A DNA stretch of 64,000 nt from an uncultured Kiloniellales bacterium (GCA_964196275.1 CAXMSN010000114.1:2674-66673), one strand, 5' to 3'. Positions 9,408 to 19,420 are shown, counted from the stretch's first letter. The notes: generated from the letters alone by a model not told the origin. Numbers and translations are program-made.

Positions 9408-10193
9408 TCAGAGCTCTAGCTCCTCGCCCAGATACGCCTTGATGACGTTGGGGTTGTCTTGGACTTCGGCTGGGGTGCCCTGGCCGATGACCTGTCCGAA
9501 ATCGAGGACCAGTACTCGGTCCGCGATATCCATGACGAGTCCCATGTCGTGCTCGACCAAGATCATCGCGATTCCGAGTTCCTGGCGGATGTCGAGGATG
9601 AACCGGGCCATGTCCTCGGTCTCTTCGAGGTTCATGCCTGCTACCGGCTCGTCGAGCAGCAAGAGTTCCGGGGCCATTGCCAGCGCTCTGCCGAGTTCAA
9701 CACGCTTCTGGATGCCGTACGGAAGCAGGCCTACCGGATATTTTCGCCATGCTTCAATCTCGAGCAGGTCGATGATGTCTTCGACCTTCTCACGGTTCTC
9801 CATCTCTTCCCGCTTGGCAGCGCCCCACCAGAGCGCACCTGAGAACCATCCACCTTCGGTCCTGACATGACGACCAAGCGTGATGTTCTCGAGAACCGTC
9901 ATGTGGGCGAACAGTTCGATGTTCTGGAAGGTTCGGGCGATTCCGAGAGCTGCGATCTTGTCAGGGCTCATCCCAAGGAGTGACTCCCCACGCCAACGGA
10001 TGTCACCCTCCTGTGGCTTGTACACACCATTGAGACAGTTGAACGTGGAGGTCTTCCCCGCACCGTTCGGGCCGATGACCGCAAACAGCTCACCTTCATC
10101 AACGGTGAACGACACATCCGTCAGCGCCTTGACGCCCTTGAACGCAAGCTCGATGCCCTCGAATTCGAGAAGTGGTGCTGTCATGAGAGCCAT
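9408..10193 (-). CDS. branched-chain/hydrophobic-substrate ABC transporter ATP-binding protein (LivG-like)
   Basis: Walker A GPNGAGKTS, signature and Walker B (LLLLDEPVAG), and a LivG-type C-terminal AYLGEE tail. Confidence 0.85.
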   Translation of the reverse strand: MALMTAPLLEFEGIELAFKGVKALTDVSFTVDEGELFAVIGPNGAGKTSTFNCLNGVYKPQEGDIRWRGESLLGMSPDKIAALGIARTFQNIELFAHMTVLENITLGRHVRTEGGWFSGALWWGAAKREEMENREKVEDIIDLLEIEAWRKYPVGLLPYGIQKRVELGRALAMAPELLLLDEPVAGMNLEETEDMARFILDIRQELGIAMILVEHDMGLVMDIADRVLVLDFGQVIGQGTPAEVQDNPNVIKAYLGEELEL

Positions 10194-10975
10194 CGCTTCC
10201 TACGCTTGTAGTGCTTCACATCGCGGAATGACTTCCGCTCGCCGCCTTCGGTGTTCAGACCGAGATAGAACTCCTGCACGTCCTCATCTCCGAGCAGCTT
10301 CTCTGCATCCCCGTCCATGACGACCTTGCCGTGCTCCATGATGTAGCCATAGTCGGAGATCGACAGCGCCATGTTTGCGTTCTGCTCGATCAGTAGAACG
10401 CTTGTCCCCTGTCTGTTGATGTCGACGATCACATCGCGGATCTGCGCTACGAGCAGCGGTGCGAGACCAAGGGATGGCTCGTCAAGGATCAACAACGTGG
10501 GGTTCGCCATCAGCGCTCGACCGATCGCGAGCATCTGTTGTTCGCCGCCAGAGAGATACCCGGCTGTGTCTTTGCGTCGCCCCGCGAGCAGAGGGAACAT
10601 CGACATCACCATGTCATAGCCTTCCTTGACGCTGCCTGAACTCTTATTGGTCGTCGCACCCGTTCGCAAATTGTCCTCGACGGTCATCTCGGCGAACACG
10701 CGCCGGCCCTCCATCACCTGGGAGATGCCGGCCATTACGATCTTGGACGGCTCCATTTCGTGGATTTCCTTGCCGTTGTACTCGATCGACCCCTTGGTCA
10801 CGTCACCCTCGTGAATATCGAGGAGACCGGTGATAGCGCGAAGTGCCGTCGTCTTGCCCGCACCATTCGCACCGAGCAGGGCAACGATCTGTCCTTCTCG
10901 CACTTCGAGGGACAGTCCCCGAAGAACCAGAACGACATCGTTGTACACGACCTCAAGGTTCGCTAGCTCAAGCAT
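10181..10975 (-). CDS. ABC transporter ATP-binding protein (LivF-like) with a basic C-terminal tail
   Basis: Walker A GANGAGKTT, LSGGEQQML signature, LLILDEPS Walker B. Extra basic tail KHYKRRKRWLS overlaps the next gene by 13 nt. Confidence 0.85.
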   Translation of the reverse strand: MLELANLEVVYNDVVLVLRGLSLEVREGQIVALLGANGAGKTTALRAITGLLDIHEGDVTKGSIEYNGKEIHEMEPSKIVMAGISQVMEGRRVFAEMTVEDNLRTGATTNKSSGSVKEGYDMVMSMFPLLAGRRKDTAGYLSGGEQQMLAIGRALMANPTLLILDEPSLGLAPLLVAQIRDVIVDINRQGTSVLLIEQNANMALSISDYGYIMEHGKVVMDGDAEKLLGDEDVQEFYLGLNTEGGERKSFRDVKHYKRRKRWLS

Positions 10976-11012
10976 CCTCTGCTTTTCTTGTTCTTCCTCT
11001 TGTTAGTGGGTT

Positions 11013-11044
11013 CTTTGGGGGTGCGGCAACCCGCACCCCCAAAG
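11013..11044 (-). other. intercistronic stem-loop after the substrate-binding-protein gene
   Basis: CTTTGGGGGTGCGG-caac-CCGCACCCCCAAAG, a 14-bp stem. Starts 15 nt after the SBP stop and ends 38 nt before the next start. No U-tract. Confidence 0.55.
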
Positions 11045-11058
11045 CTCCTCTGTCTCGG

Positions 11059-12462
11059 TTACAGCTCGTAACAGGCCGCTTGGAAGTCGAAATCCGCAGC
11101 GGCATCGCCGATGAAGAAGTCCTCCGCAAGCACGGATCCTGTTGTTGCGTCAGGCTGGCTCAATGTCTGTGCAGGACCACCCGCAGCCGTGTAGACCTCA
11201 AGGTCTATGTCGTAGATCGAGATACTCCGCAGAACGTAGTCGTTCGGAGTCCCCGCGTACGACTGGTTCGGGGCTGAACCGCCGAAATCGACACCTTCCA
11301 GCGAGTTCGCTGCGGCGACCATTCCCTCAGGAGTGATGTCCATTGCAGCAAGGCCAGCTTCGATCACACGACGCATCGTGATGGATTCGTTCCAACCGAC
11401 GATGAACGAGTCACTCGGACGACGGTCTGGGTACACAGCGGTCATCGCTGCCTTCATCTCATTGAGGCCCGGATTGTCGCCTGACCAGAGCGTGTTGTAC
11501 GACGACTGGTAGTACATAGCGTCGTACAGCGGCCCAACAGGGGAGTCGAGCAGAGCCGGGTTGTAGGTAGGCGAAGCGCCGGTGAACCGACCGGTGTACC
11601 CGGCCTGAACCGAGCCAGCGAGAAGTTCCGCACCGATCGACGGGTTCGTCGCCATGATCGTCCAGTCTGCACCGGACGTAGCGATGCCCTGGATTACACC
11701 GGCGTAGTCCTGTCCCGGTATGACCATTCCATCACCATCGAAGACGAGTTCCATGCCGTAGTACTCGATTGCCTTCTTGGCTCCTGCTCCGACATCGAAG
11801 CCGTAGTCGCTCGGGAACGTAGCGATCGCAACCTTCGTCCCTCCCATCTGCTGCATGAAGTGAACGAGGTTCATCGACTCGATGCAGTAGTTGGTGTTCT
11901 GCTCGAGGGCCACGCCGCCGTCGAACTCTGGGATTCCCCAGCCTGAGTACCAGCTCAATGGGATGAACAGCATGCTGTCTTCCTTGAAGCCAGGAAGGTT
12001 CGCAACGCTCGTCGGCGAGCCAGTCGACTGGCTTATCGCGACAACGTCGTCCTTGATCTTCTCGTACTTCTCCAGCTGTTGCTCAACGTTGTAGTTCGTG
12101 TCTTCGATGAGGAGTTCTACGGTCCACCCGTCTATGCCTCCGTTGGCGTTTACGTTGTCCCAGTACACCTGTTGCGCATCGGTGATATCTATCACCAAGG
12201 GTGCGAACAGTCCTGTGAGGTCTGCAAGCAGACCCAATGTGATGACCTTCGCATCGGCGTCGACTCCTCGACCGGTCTTCACGGTCGGTTCGGTTGGCGC
12301 CGCTGTCGTTGTAGGCGCTGCAGTTGTCTCTGTCCCGCCTGCTGTGGTCGTTGTTGTCTCCGGCAATGTGTCGGCCGTGCCGCCATCGTCGTCGCTGCTG
12401 CAAGCGCTAGCGACGAGGGCGATCACGAACAACAGGACAAGCCAGCTATATCGCTTTCTCAT
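11059..12462 (-). CDS. ABC transporter substrate-binding lipoprotein (Liv/amide-type periplasmic binding fold) with Thr-rich linker
   Basis: Start set at Met 12462, which is preceded by GGAGGA. Lipobox LVASAC, then a T/A/P-rich linker and a roughly 400-aa binding domain. Sits inside the liv-type operon. Confidence 0.8.
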   Translation of the reverse strand: MRKRYSWLVLLFVIALVASACSSDDDGGTADTLPETTTTTAGGTETTAAPTTTAAPTEPTVKTGRGVDADAKVITLGLLADLTGLFAPLVIDITDAQQVYWDNVNANGGIDGWTVELLIEDTNYNVEQQLEKYEKIKDDVVAISQSTGSPTSVANLPGFKEDSMLFIPLSWYSGWGIPEFDGGVALEQNTNYCIESMNLVHFMQQMGGTKVAIATFPSDYGFDVGAGAKKAIEYYGMELVFDGDGMVIPGQDYAGVIQGIATSGADWTIMATNPSIGAELLAGSVQAGYTGRFTGASPTYNPALLDSPVGPLYDAMYYQSSYNTLWSGDNPGLNEMKAAMTAVYPDRRPSDSFIVGWNESITMRRVIEAGLAAMDITPEGMVAAANSLEGVDFGGSAPNQSYAGTPNDYVLRSISIYDIDLEVYTAAGGPAQTLSQPDATTGSVLAEDFFIGDAAADFDFQAACYEL

Positions 12463-12538
12463 CTGTTTCCTCCTCTTGTTGTTTGCTTCGTTACTCCTTC
12501 GATACCACGCGAATGCGGACATCGATCGGATCTGTCGA

Positions 12539-13816
12539 TCAGTATGTGAATGGCCATCCCTTCCAGTAGTTCCTCACCCGGAGCCAAATGCCATAGAGGC
12601 CCAAAGGCTCGAATATGAGAAAGACGATGATGAGCAAGCCGAACAGGACGATATTGAGTTGTGCGACGCTGAGGCCGGGCCCAGCAGCATCCGGGTAAGA
12701 GACGATCCCGATCCAGTCATCTGAGCTGCTCCTCACGAATAGGTTCCCAAGCCACGAGAACGGACCACCCTCGTCGGCCTGTGTGGCCATGAAGCCGGTC
12801 ACATTCTCCACAATACGAGGTGACAGAACCACGAAGAAGGTACCGAGCAGGGTTCCCACGATCGTTCCTGCACCACCAATGAGAATGATCGCGATGAACT
12901 CGACTGATAGAAAGATATCCCAGGTCTCCGGGATGATTCTGCCCACCACCGATGCGAACACAGCGCCGCCGATGCCCGCATAGAACGAAGACACCGCAAA
13001 TGCCTGAGTCTTGCCCTTGGCCTCGGCAACGCCCATGATCTCCGCCGCGATGTCTCTATCCCTGATAGCCGCCCAAGAACGCCCAACTCTGGTTCGCATC
13101 AGGTTCTTCGCAATCAGAGCGAACACGGCGACGAACACAAGGAGGAAGAAGTACGTCTTGACTTCGCCCGACATCTCCTCCACATGGACCCATGGCAGGA
13201 GGTTGACGGGCTTCAGCCACCACCAGAGTTCACCGTCGGTCGTAAAGGAGACCAAGGGATCCATGTTTCGCCACAACGCGAACTCGAGTTCGGGCCATGG
13301 TCTTCCGGTTGACGGACCTCCCGCCACCGCGGTGAGGTTGCGCCACAGATACTGTCCGATAAACACGAGACCGAGTGTCACGAAGGCAAGGTACAGCCCG
13401 CGAACTCGGACTGCCGTGGGGGCAACAAGGATTCCCACAAGGGCAGCCACGATGCCTGCTGCAGGCAACCACACCCAGATCGGCAGACCGAGGCCCCACA
13501 CTGTCTTCCCAGACTCCCCACCGAGCACGACAGCCGTGTAGGCGCCGACGGCCATAAAGAACGAGTGCCCAAGCGAAACCTGTCCAGCGACACCGGTCAA
13601 GAGGTTCAACCCGAAGGCAGCAACGGCATAGACCAGGGCCTTGTTGACCAAGATCAGCCAAGAACCGTCCCCGAGATAACCGAGGAACGGCAGCGCGGCC
13701 AGCGGTGCTAGCACGGCGATCAGCAGAAAGAGACCGATCGCGATCTTCTTCGTCACCGACGGGAACAGACCCATCTCTGCTTCGTAGCGCGTGTACAGGC
13801 CGGGTCTGCCTCTCAT
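12539..13816 (-). CDS. ABC transporter permease (LivM-like)
   Basis: 425 aa, polytopic. Operon position fits, and its start overlaps the stop of the upstream permease by 4 nt. Confidence 0.85.
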   Translation of the reverse strand: MRGRPGLYTRYEAEMGLFPSVTKKIAIGLFLLIAVLAPLAALPFLGYLGDGSWLILVNKALVYAVAAFGLNLLTGVAGQVSLGHSFFMAVGAYTAVVLGGESGKTVWGLGLPIWVWLPAAGIVAALVGILVAPTAVRVRGLYLAFVTLGLVFIGQYLWRNLTAVAGGPSTGRPWPELEFALWRNMDPLVSFTTDGELWWWLKPVNLLPWVHVEEMSGEVKTYFFLLVFVAVFALIAKNLMRTRVGRSWAAIRDRDIAAEIMGVAEAKGKTQAFAVSSFYAGIGGAVFASVVGRIIPETWDIFLSVEFIAIILIGGAGTIVGTLLGTFFVVLSPRIVENVTGFMATQADEGGPFSWLGNLFVRSSSDDWIGIVSYPDAAGPGLSVAQLNIVLFGLLIIVFLIFEPLGLYGIWLRVRNYWKGWPFTY

Positions 13817-14793
13817 ACGCGCCTGATCTCTTCAGTTCCGAACAGCCCATATGGACGGATGAGGAGGACGACCATCATCGCAAGCCACGGAACGATTCCA
13901 GAAAAGCCTGTGCCGAGCCAAGAAATCGAGCTGAGGTACGTACCGGCAAACACTTCAACGACGCCGACAAGCAGACCGCCCACGATCGCTCCCACAATCG
14001 AATCGAGCCCGCCGATGATCACTGCCGGGAAAGCACGGAAGGCGATCAACGCGGTGAACGGCCCCACCCCTGCAGCGCCCCTCGGTCCGACTGACGCAAA
14101 TATTCCCGCGATCGCCGCGAGGCCGGCGCCGATGGCCCATGCAATGGCAAATACCTTGCCTACGGAAATGCCTTGAGCCATCGCGGCCTCTTGATCGAAC
14201 GCCGTCGCGCGCACAGCGACGCCGGTGCGCGTCCTGAAGAACACCATCAACAGGATCACGACGACAAAGGTCACGGCGATCGTCGCGATCTCGGCATACG
14301 CGATCCGGAGGGGACCGATCTCGACTATTGACAGACCCCATGGATCCGCCAAACCGGCCGTCGTGTTGTCCATCAGGTCATTTGTGATCGTCCTGATGAT
14401 GAGGTCAAGACCGAGTGTGATCATGGCCACGGCGAACAACGCCTCACCGATCATCGGCCTGATCGCGATTCTTTCGATGATGATTCCGATGACCGCCGTT
14501 GCAATGACCGCGACGATCGCCGATGCGGTCCACTGGGTCCACTCAGGAACCGACGTCAACCATCGGCCCGGCATATTGACGGTCACAGCGAAGTAGGAGA
14601 CTAGATAGGCCCCCAATGCAGCGATGGCGCCATGTGCAAAATTGACCACTTGCGTCGCTTTGAAGATGATCACGAAACCGAGGGCGAGCAAGGCGTAAAT
14701 CGCACCGAGGGCAATGCCTGAGGCGAGTGCGTTGATGAACTTGTCAACCGGGTCCGGACCTACCGCCTGGGCCAGCACTCCGAGCGGTATCAC
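13813..14793 (-). CDS. ABC transporter permease (LivH-like)
   Basis: 326 aa, polytopic, glycine-rich TM segments typical of LivH. Overlaps the ligase stop by 4 nt. Confidence 0.85.
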   Translation of the reverse strand: MIPLGVLAQAVGPDPVDKFINALASGIALGAIYALLALGFVIIFKATQVVNFAHGAIAALGAYLVSYFAVTVNMPGRWLTSVPEWTQWTASAIVAVIATAVIGIIIERIAIRPMIGEALFAVAMITLGLDLIIRTITNDLMDNTTAGLADPWGLSIVEIGPLRIAYAEIATIAVTFVVVILLMVFFRTRTGVAVRATAFDQEAAMAQGISVGKVFAIAWAIGAGLAAIAGIFASVGPRGAAGVGPFTALIAFRAFPAVIIGGLDSIVGAIVGGLLVGVVEVFAGTYLSSISWLGTGFSGIVPWLAMMVVLLIRPYGLFGTEEIRRV

Positions 14794-16664
14794 GTGTACA
14801 TCGACTCCACAAGATCACCGAACAGGTCCATCATTGCCGACCGTTTCAGCTTCTGCGTGGCGGTGAGTTCGCCATCTTCGTGGTCGAGTTCCTTCGGAAT
14901 CATCTTGAACTTTTTGACCTGATCAGACCTCGCGAACTTCTCGTTCGTTTCGCTGACGACTCCCTGGATGAGGCTGATCACCTCCGGCTTCTCAGCGAGG
15001 TCGCGGTACGTCGTATATGGGAGCTGTCTTCTCAACGCCCAGTTGCCGACGACGTCATACTCGATGCCTATCAAAGCCGTGATGTACTTGCGGCCGTCTC
15101 CTATCACCATGGCTTCCTTGATGAACGGGGACGCCTTCAGACTGTTCTCCACCTCAGAGGGGGACATGTTGTGCCCTCCTGATGTGACGATGATGTGCTT
15201 GATTCGGTCGACGATCTTTACATGGGTGCCGTCCACCCAGACGCCAACATCTCCCGTCTTGAGCCAGCCGTCCTCGGTGAACGTCTCAGCAGTCGCCTCA
15301 GGATTGTTCCAGTAGCCGGGGAAGACCGCGTCGTGCTTCGTCTGGATCTCGCCCGTCTCCTCGTCGATCCTGAATCCGATGCCCTCGTACGGCTCGCCGA
15401 CGGTGCCGAGCTTGACGCGTCCGTGGAGGTTCGTGGTAGCAACAGCAGCGTTCTCTGTCATCCCATAGATCTCGTACACCGGAATGCCCAATCCCATGAA
15501 GAACTCGAGAACCTCGGGAGCGATCGCCGCCGCCCCAGATGAGGCGTATCGACAATGGCGAAGACCGATACGTTCCTTGAGCGATCGGAAGAACAGCGGA
15601 TTTCCGATCCAGTAGGCAAGCCTGGCCGGTGCAGTGAAGTTCCCCCCGTTCTCGACGCGCTGGGTACCGATAAACGTTGCAAGCTTCAAACCGAACGCGG
15701 CGATCAGCCTCTTGAGTCGCGTCGCGTCTTGAAGTCTGATCACGACTCCAGCGTGTATGCGCTCCCAGATGCGTGGGACCGCAAAGAAGATCGTCGGTTG
15801 CACCTCACGAAGGTTCACCTGCACGGTCTCAATGGACTCGGCGAAGTTCAGGATCGGCCCGTTGTAGGCCAGCGACCATGAGGAAAACAACCGCTCTGCG
15901 ACGTGGCATAGCGGCAGATACGTGAGCTTCTCATCGTCAACGCTTTCGGGCGTGTTCTTCGAGAAGCGACCGGGGTCGTTCAGGACATGGCCGACCGCCA
16001 CCTCAACATTCCGATGCGTGAGCATGGCCCCCTTTGGCGGGCCCGTCGTGCCGGATGTGTAGATGAGCGTCATCACCTCGTCCGGCTTCGCCGCGAGCAT
16101 CAGTCGCTCAACTGCTCCTGGATCGCTCTGCCTGTGCGAACGACCAAGCTCCATGAAGTCGTCCCAGAACATCAGCCGGTCATCGTCCATCGTGCGCACA
16201 CCCCGTGGCTCGACGTAGATAATCGTCTCGACCTTCGGGAAAGCATCAGGGCCCGGTTCGACCACCTTGTCAACTTGCTCCTGGTCCTCGGCGAAATGGA
16301 TACGCGCCCCTGAGTCGTTGAGGAGGTACTGCACCTCGGCAGTGGGATTGGTGGAGTACATCCCTGTGCAGATGGCCCTGACCGCGACCGTCGCGAAGTC
16401 GAAGATCAGCCATTCGGGACGATCCTCGCTGTGAATCGACGTCACCTCGCTTGGCTGGACCCCGAGTGCAAGGAGCGCATGCGCCGCCGTGAGCACTTCG
16501 TCCCACAACTGATAGCTCGTGCGCTCCTGCCAGATGCCGAACTCCTTGTCGCGTATCGCGACCCGTTCTGGGGTTCGTTGCGCCCAATCCCTCACGCGCC
16601 ATGCGACCGTGGGGAAGGCATCCGAGAGGTCAGGGACACCCATGTGCTCAAGCGTGGAGGTCAT
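14790..16664 (-). CDS. AMP-dependent acyl-CoA synthetase/ligase (long-chain-fatty-acid-CoA-ligase-like)
   Basis: AMP-binding motif LIYTSGTTGPPKGAMLTH and later TGDVG..D. The start is uncertain (16664 vs 16703 vs 16739). Confidence 0.8.
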   Translation of the reverse strand: MTSTLEHMGVPDLSDAFPTVAWRVRDWAQRTPERVAIRDKEFGIWQERTSYQLWDEVLTAAHALLALGVQPSEVTSIHSEDRPEWLIFDFATVAVRAICTGMYSTNPTAEVQYLLNDSGARIHFAEDQEQVDKVVEPGPDAFPKVETIIYVEPRGVRTMDDDRLMFWDDFMELGRSHRQSDPGAVERLMLAAKPDEVMTLIYTSGTTGPPKGAMLTHRNVEVAVGHVLNDPGRFSKNTPESVDDEKLTYLPLCHVAERLFSSWSLAYNGPILNFAESIETVQVNLREVQPTIFFAVPRIWERIHAGVVIRLQDATRLKRLIAAFGLKLATFIGTQRVENGGNFTAPARLAYWIGNPLFFRSLKERIGLRHCRYASSGAAAIAPEVLEFFMGLGIPVYEIYGMTENAAVATTNLHGRVKLGTVGEPYEGIGFRIDEETGEIQTKHDAVFPGYWNNPEATAETFTEDGWLKTGDVGVWVDGTHVKIVDRIKHIIVTSGGHNMSPSEVENSLKASPFIKEAMVIGDGRKYITALIGIEYDVVGNWALRRQLPYTTYRDLAEKPEVISLIQGVVSETNEKFARSDQVKKFKMIPKELDHEDGELTATQKLKRSAMMDLFGDLVESMYT

Positions 16665-16798
16665 GCCCGTGTGCCCTTTTCTCGAGTTCCCCGAGTCTGG
16701 CATGAAGATAATCAACGCGCACGGCACTTGGCAATTCACGTCGGGGAATCGACCGATGAACAGAGTGGTCTTTGTCGCCCCGAGAACCGCGGATAGGC

Positions 16799-18460
16799 CT
16801 ACGCAGTCGGTTCTGTCCTGACGCCGATCACCCTGAAGCGTCGGGCCACGAACGCGGGGTCCGTCAGTGAACTGTTGCCAGCCGCATTCGCTCCGGTGAC
16901 ATGGAAGTCAGAGAACGCTGACGACTGGTTGACGAACATCCCGCCGGTCAAGTTGAACGCTACCGAAACGCCACCGTCGATCGCCGCGTCAACGATCGAT
17001 GACCTTGAGTCCTCATCGGTCGCGTACGCGAGCCACGTGATCGCACCACTCTTCTGAGCAGCCTCGCGAGCCAGTTCGATACTCTGCTCTCGGGATGCCG
17101 TCTTAACGACGTAGATCACCGGTCCGAACATCTCGCGCATGTAGGTGTCCTTGTCTGACGCATCTACTTCTACGATCGCTGGCGTTCGGACAGTCGCATC
17201 AGCGAACTCTGGATTCACGACAGAGCGCGAAGCAGAGAGGACGGATCCGCTTGCCTGAGCCTTTTCCACCCGGTCGAGCGAGTCCTGGCCCTTCACCGCT
17301 CCAAGGATCGCGCTCGCTCGCGCATCATCGCTGAGCAAACCATCGACTGCGGAAACGAAGCCGCCGACAACATCGTCGTAGCTAGCGATTCCTTCAGCAG
17401 TGGGCACTCCATCGGCTGGGACGAACAGGTTCTGTGGCGTTGTGCACATCTGGCCTGAATACATGGTCATCGAGACGCTCAGGTTTCTGAAAACCCCCAT
17501 GAGATCGACGACGGAATCCATGATCACCGAGTTCACGCCCGCTTTTTCCGTGTACACCTCGGCGTGGTCGACGTTCGACTCCAGCCATTCGCCAAACGCC
17601 GAGCCGCCCGTGTAGTCGACGATCCCGACCTCCGGGCGCATCACAAGGTCTTTCGAAACGAGCTCTCCAGGGGAATCGACGATCATCTGCACAAGGTTCG
17701 GATCGAGGCCCTCCCCCGCAAGGACCTCTCTTGCCGTGCGGACCATGAGCGCAAAGGGAAGAACGGTGGCTTGATGCGGCTTGATCACGACCGGATTCCC
17801 CGTAGCGAGACTGGCGAAGATCCCCGGGTACCCGTTCCACGTCGGGAAGGTCGAGACGCCAATCGTCACAGCCACACCTCGTGGAACAACAATCCACTCC
17901 TTGTCGATCACGATCGGATCACGCGATCCCTGCGGCTTCTCCCACCGAAGCGGTCCGGGAAGTCGGTTCTGCTCAGCATACGCGTAGGCCACTGCCTCTA
18001 CGGCACGATCCAGCGCATGCGGGCTACCTGCCTGGAACGCCATGAGGAAGCTCTGTCCCGTGGAATGCATGACGGCGTGGGCCATCTCGAAGCTGATGGA
18101 TGAGAGGCGCTTGATGATCTCAAGACAGACGAAGGCGCGGTCCTCGGGCGTTGATCGCCGCCACGAAGCCATGGCAGCCACTGCATCTGAGATGACGGTG
18201 TCCACCGTCGTCAACGGATACGAGATATCCATATCGATCCCGTACGGCGATGTCTCCTCGACGACGCTGTGCCCGTCATGTTGCTGCCCTGTGTCGAACT
18301 CGTTTCCCACCAGCTCCTTGAACGCAGCCTCTCCTTCGGCCGGAGCCCCCTCTCCATATGCCTTCGGGTGTTCCGGGTATGCGCTCCAGAAAGCTCTGTC
18401 CTGGATCGCCTGGACTGCCCGATCGAGAGTTTCGCCATGAGCTGCGGAGAGTTCTGACAC
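16799..18460 (-). CDS. paaN: PaaN-type aldehyde dehydrogenase (phenylacetate pathway ring-opening aldehyde dehydrogenase)
   Basis: 553 aa ALDH-fold protein. N-terminus (AVQAIQDRAFWSAYPEHPKAYGE) and length are typical of PaaN. Neighbours are paaI and a thiolase. Confidence 0.7.
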   Translation of the reverse strand: MSELSAAHGETLDRAVQAIQDRAFWSAYPEHPKAYGEGAPAEGEAAFKELVGNEFDTGQQHDGHSVVEETSPYGIDMDISYPLTTVDTVISDAVAAMASWRRSTPEDRAFVCLEIIKRLSSISFEMAHAVMHSTGQSFLMAFQAGSPHALDRAVEAVAYAYAEQNRLPGPLRWEKPQGSRDPIVIDKEWIVVPRGVAVTIGVSTFPTWNGYPGIFASLATGNPVVIKPHQATVLPFALMVRTAREVLAGEGLDPNLVQMIVDSPGELVSKDLVMRPEVGIVDYTGGSAFGEWLESNVDHAEVYTEKAGVNSVIMDSVVDLMGVFRNLSVSMTMYSGQMCTTPQNLFVPADGVPTAEGIASYDDVVGGFVSAVDGLLSDDARASAILGAVKGQDSLDRVEKAQASGSVLSASRSVVNPEFADATVRTPAIVEVDASDKDTYMREMFGPVIYVVKTASREQSIELAREAAQKSGAITWLAYATDEDSRSSIVDAAIDGGVSVAFNLTGGMFVNQSSAFSDFHVTGANAAGNSSLTDPAFVARRFRVIGVRTEPTA

Positions 18461-18502
18461 AGTGGTCCTTTCGAGTCGTCCGACTCATCGTAATGGAGAC
18501 CA

Positions 18503-18554
18503 CGTCCTCCCTTCAGGGGGGACGGCAGAGGAGCGCAGCGACGATGCAGGGGGG
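18503..18554 (-). repeat. REP-like hairpin element, copy 4 (reverse)
   Basis: CGTCCTCCCTTCAGGGGGGACGGCAGAGGAGCGCAGCGACGATGCAGGGGGG. Confidence 0.85.
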
Positions 18555-18614
18555 CCTGCGAGCCCGCGAGCCCGGAGGAGCTGGAGAACTCGAGATCCGA
18601 AGTCCGATCGGCAA

Positions 18615-18655
18615 TCCACCTGGCTCGCTGCCCTCCCCCTTTGAAATGAGGACGG
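18615..18655 (+). repeat. REP-like hairpin element, copy 5 (forward, decayed and shortened)
   Basis: TCCACCTGGCTCGCTGCCCTCCCCCTTTGAAATGAGGACGG. Its tail GAAGATATGGGAACTCGGTCGTCGGTCC resembles the tail of copy 1. Confidence 0.65.
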
Positions 18656-18712
18656 AAGATATGGGAACTCGGTCGTCGGTCCTATCGTCAGAATGGTATC
18701 GAGGAGGTTCTG

Positions 18713-19420
18713 GTGAAATTGGTCGTCTTCGCTTCCGCAATGCTGCTGATGCTTTCTGCTTGCGCCGCGGGTGAGAGCGACGAACCGGCTGAGCCTGAGA
18801 GAGTTGAGGCGGCTGGTGCCCTGTTCATCGAGACGGACGGCAAGAAGTTGTGTAGCGCGGTTGCGGAGTCGTACCCACCACAGTGTGCGGGCGATCGAAC
18901 GGTTCTTCTCGATCTCCGACCGAACACAGTCGTTGCTCTGATGTCTCCATCCGATCCAACGCTCGCCGCTGTCACATGGACCGACTACACGTTGCGAGTC
19001 ACTGGCATCGAAACGGACGATGGTCTGACGAACGTCGAACTCGGCGATTCCGTCTACACAGCCACCGGCGACGGGCTTGTGCTGCGTGTCGCAGACCTTG
19101 GCGTGCGGGTCGGGGATCCTGTTGTGTTGCCGATGGATCTCACCAACGCGACCGACACGGCGACCGATCTGACGTTCTTCAACGGACAACGAACAGAGCT
19201 CGTATTCGAAGATGCATCGGGCGAGGTGTACCGGTGGTCCGTTGACATGATGTTCGCTCAGTCGATAGAGACGATCACCATCGAGCCAGGCGCGACAGTC
19301 CCCTACGTCCTCACGGGCGAGCCCATTGATCTTCCCCCCGGCGACTACACGGCAAAGGCCTGGGTTACAGCGGACGGAGCAGAGAACGTCGTGGTGGTGT
19401 GGACCGCGACGGTCGGCTAG
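18713..19420 (+). CDS. lipoprotein, C-terminal domain resembling BsuPI-type protease-inhibitor fold
   Basis: GTG start after GAGGAGG. Lipobox LLMLSAC. The C-terminal pattern FFNGQRTELVFEDASGEVYRWS...IEPGATV resembles PF12690-type domains (recalled from memory). Confidence 0.5.
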   Translation: MKLVVFASAMLLMLSACAAGESDEPAEPERVEAAGALFIETDGKKLCSAVAESYPPQCAGDRTVLLDLRPNTVVALMSPSDPTLAAVTWTDYTLRVTGIETDDGLTNVELGDSVYTATGDGLVLRVADLGVRVGDPVVLPMDLTNATDTATDLTFFNGQRTELVFEDASGEVYRWSVDMMFAQSIETITIEPGATVPYVLTGEPIDLPPGDYTAKAWVTADGAENVVVVWTATVG

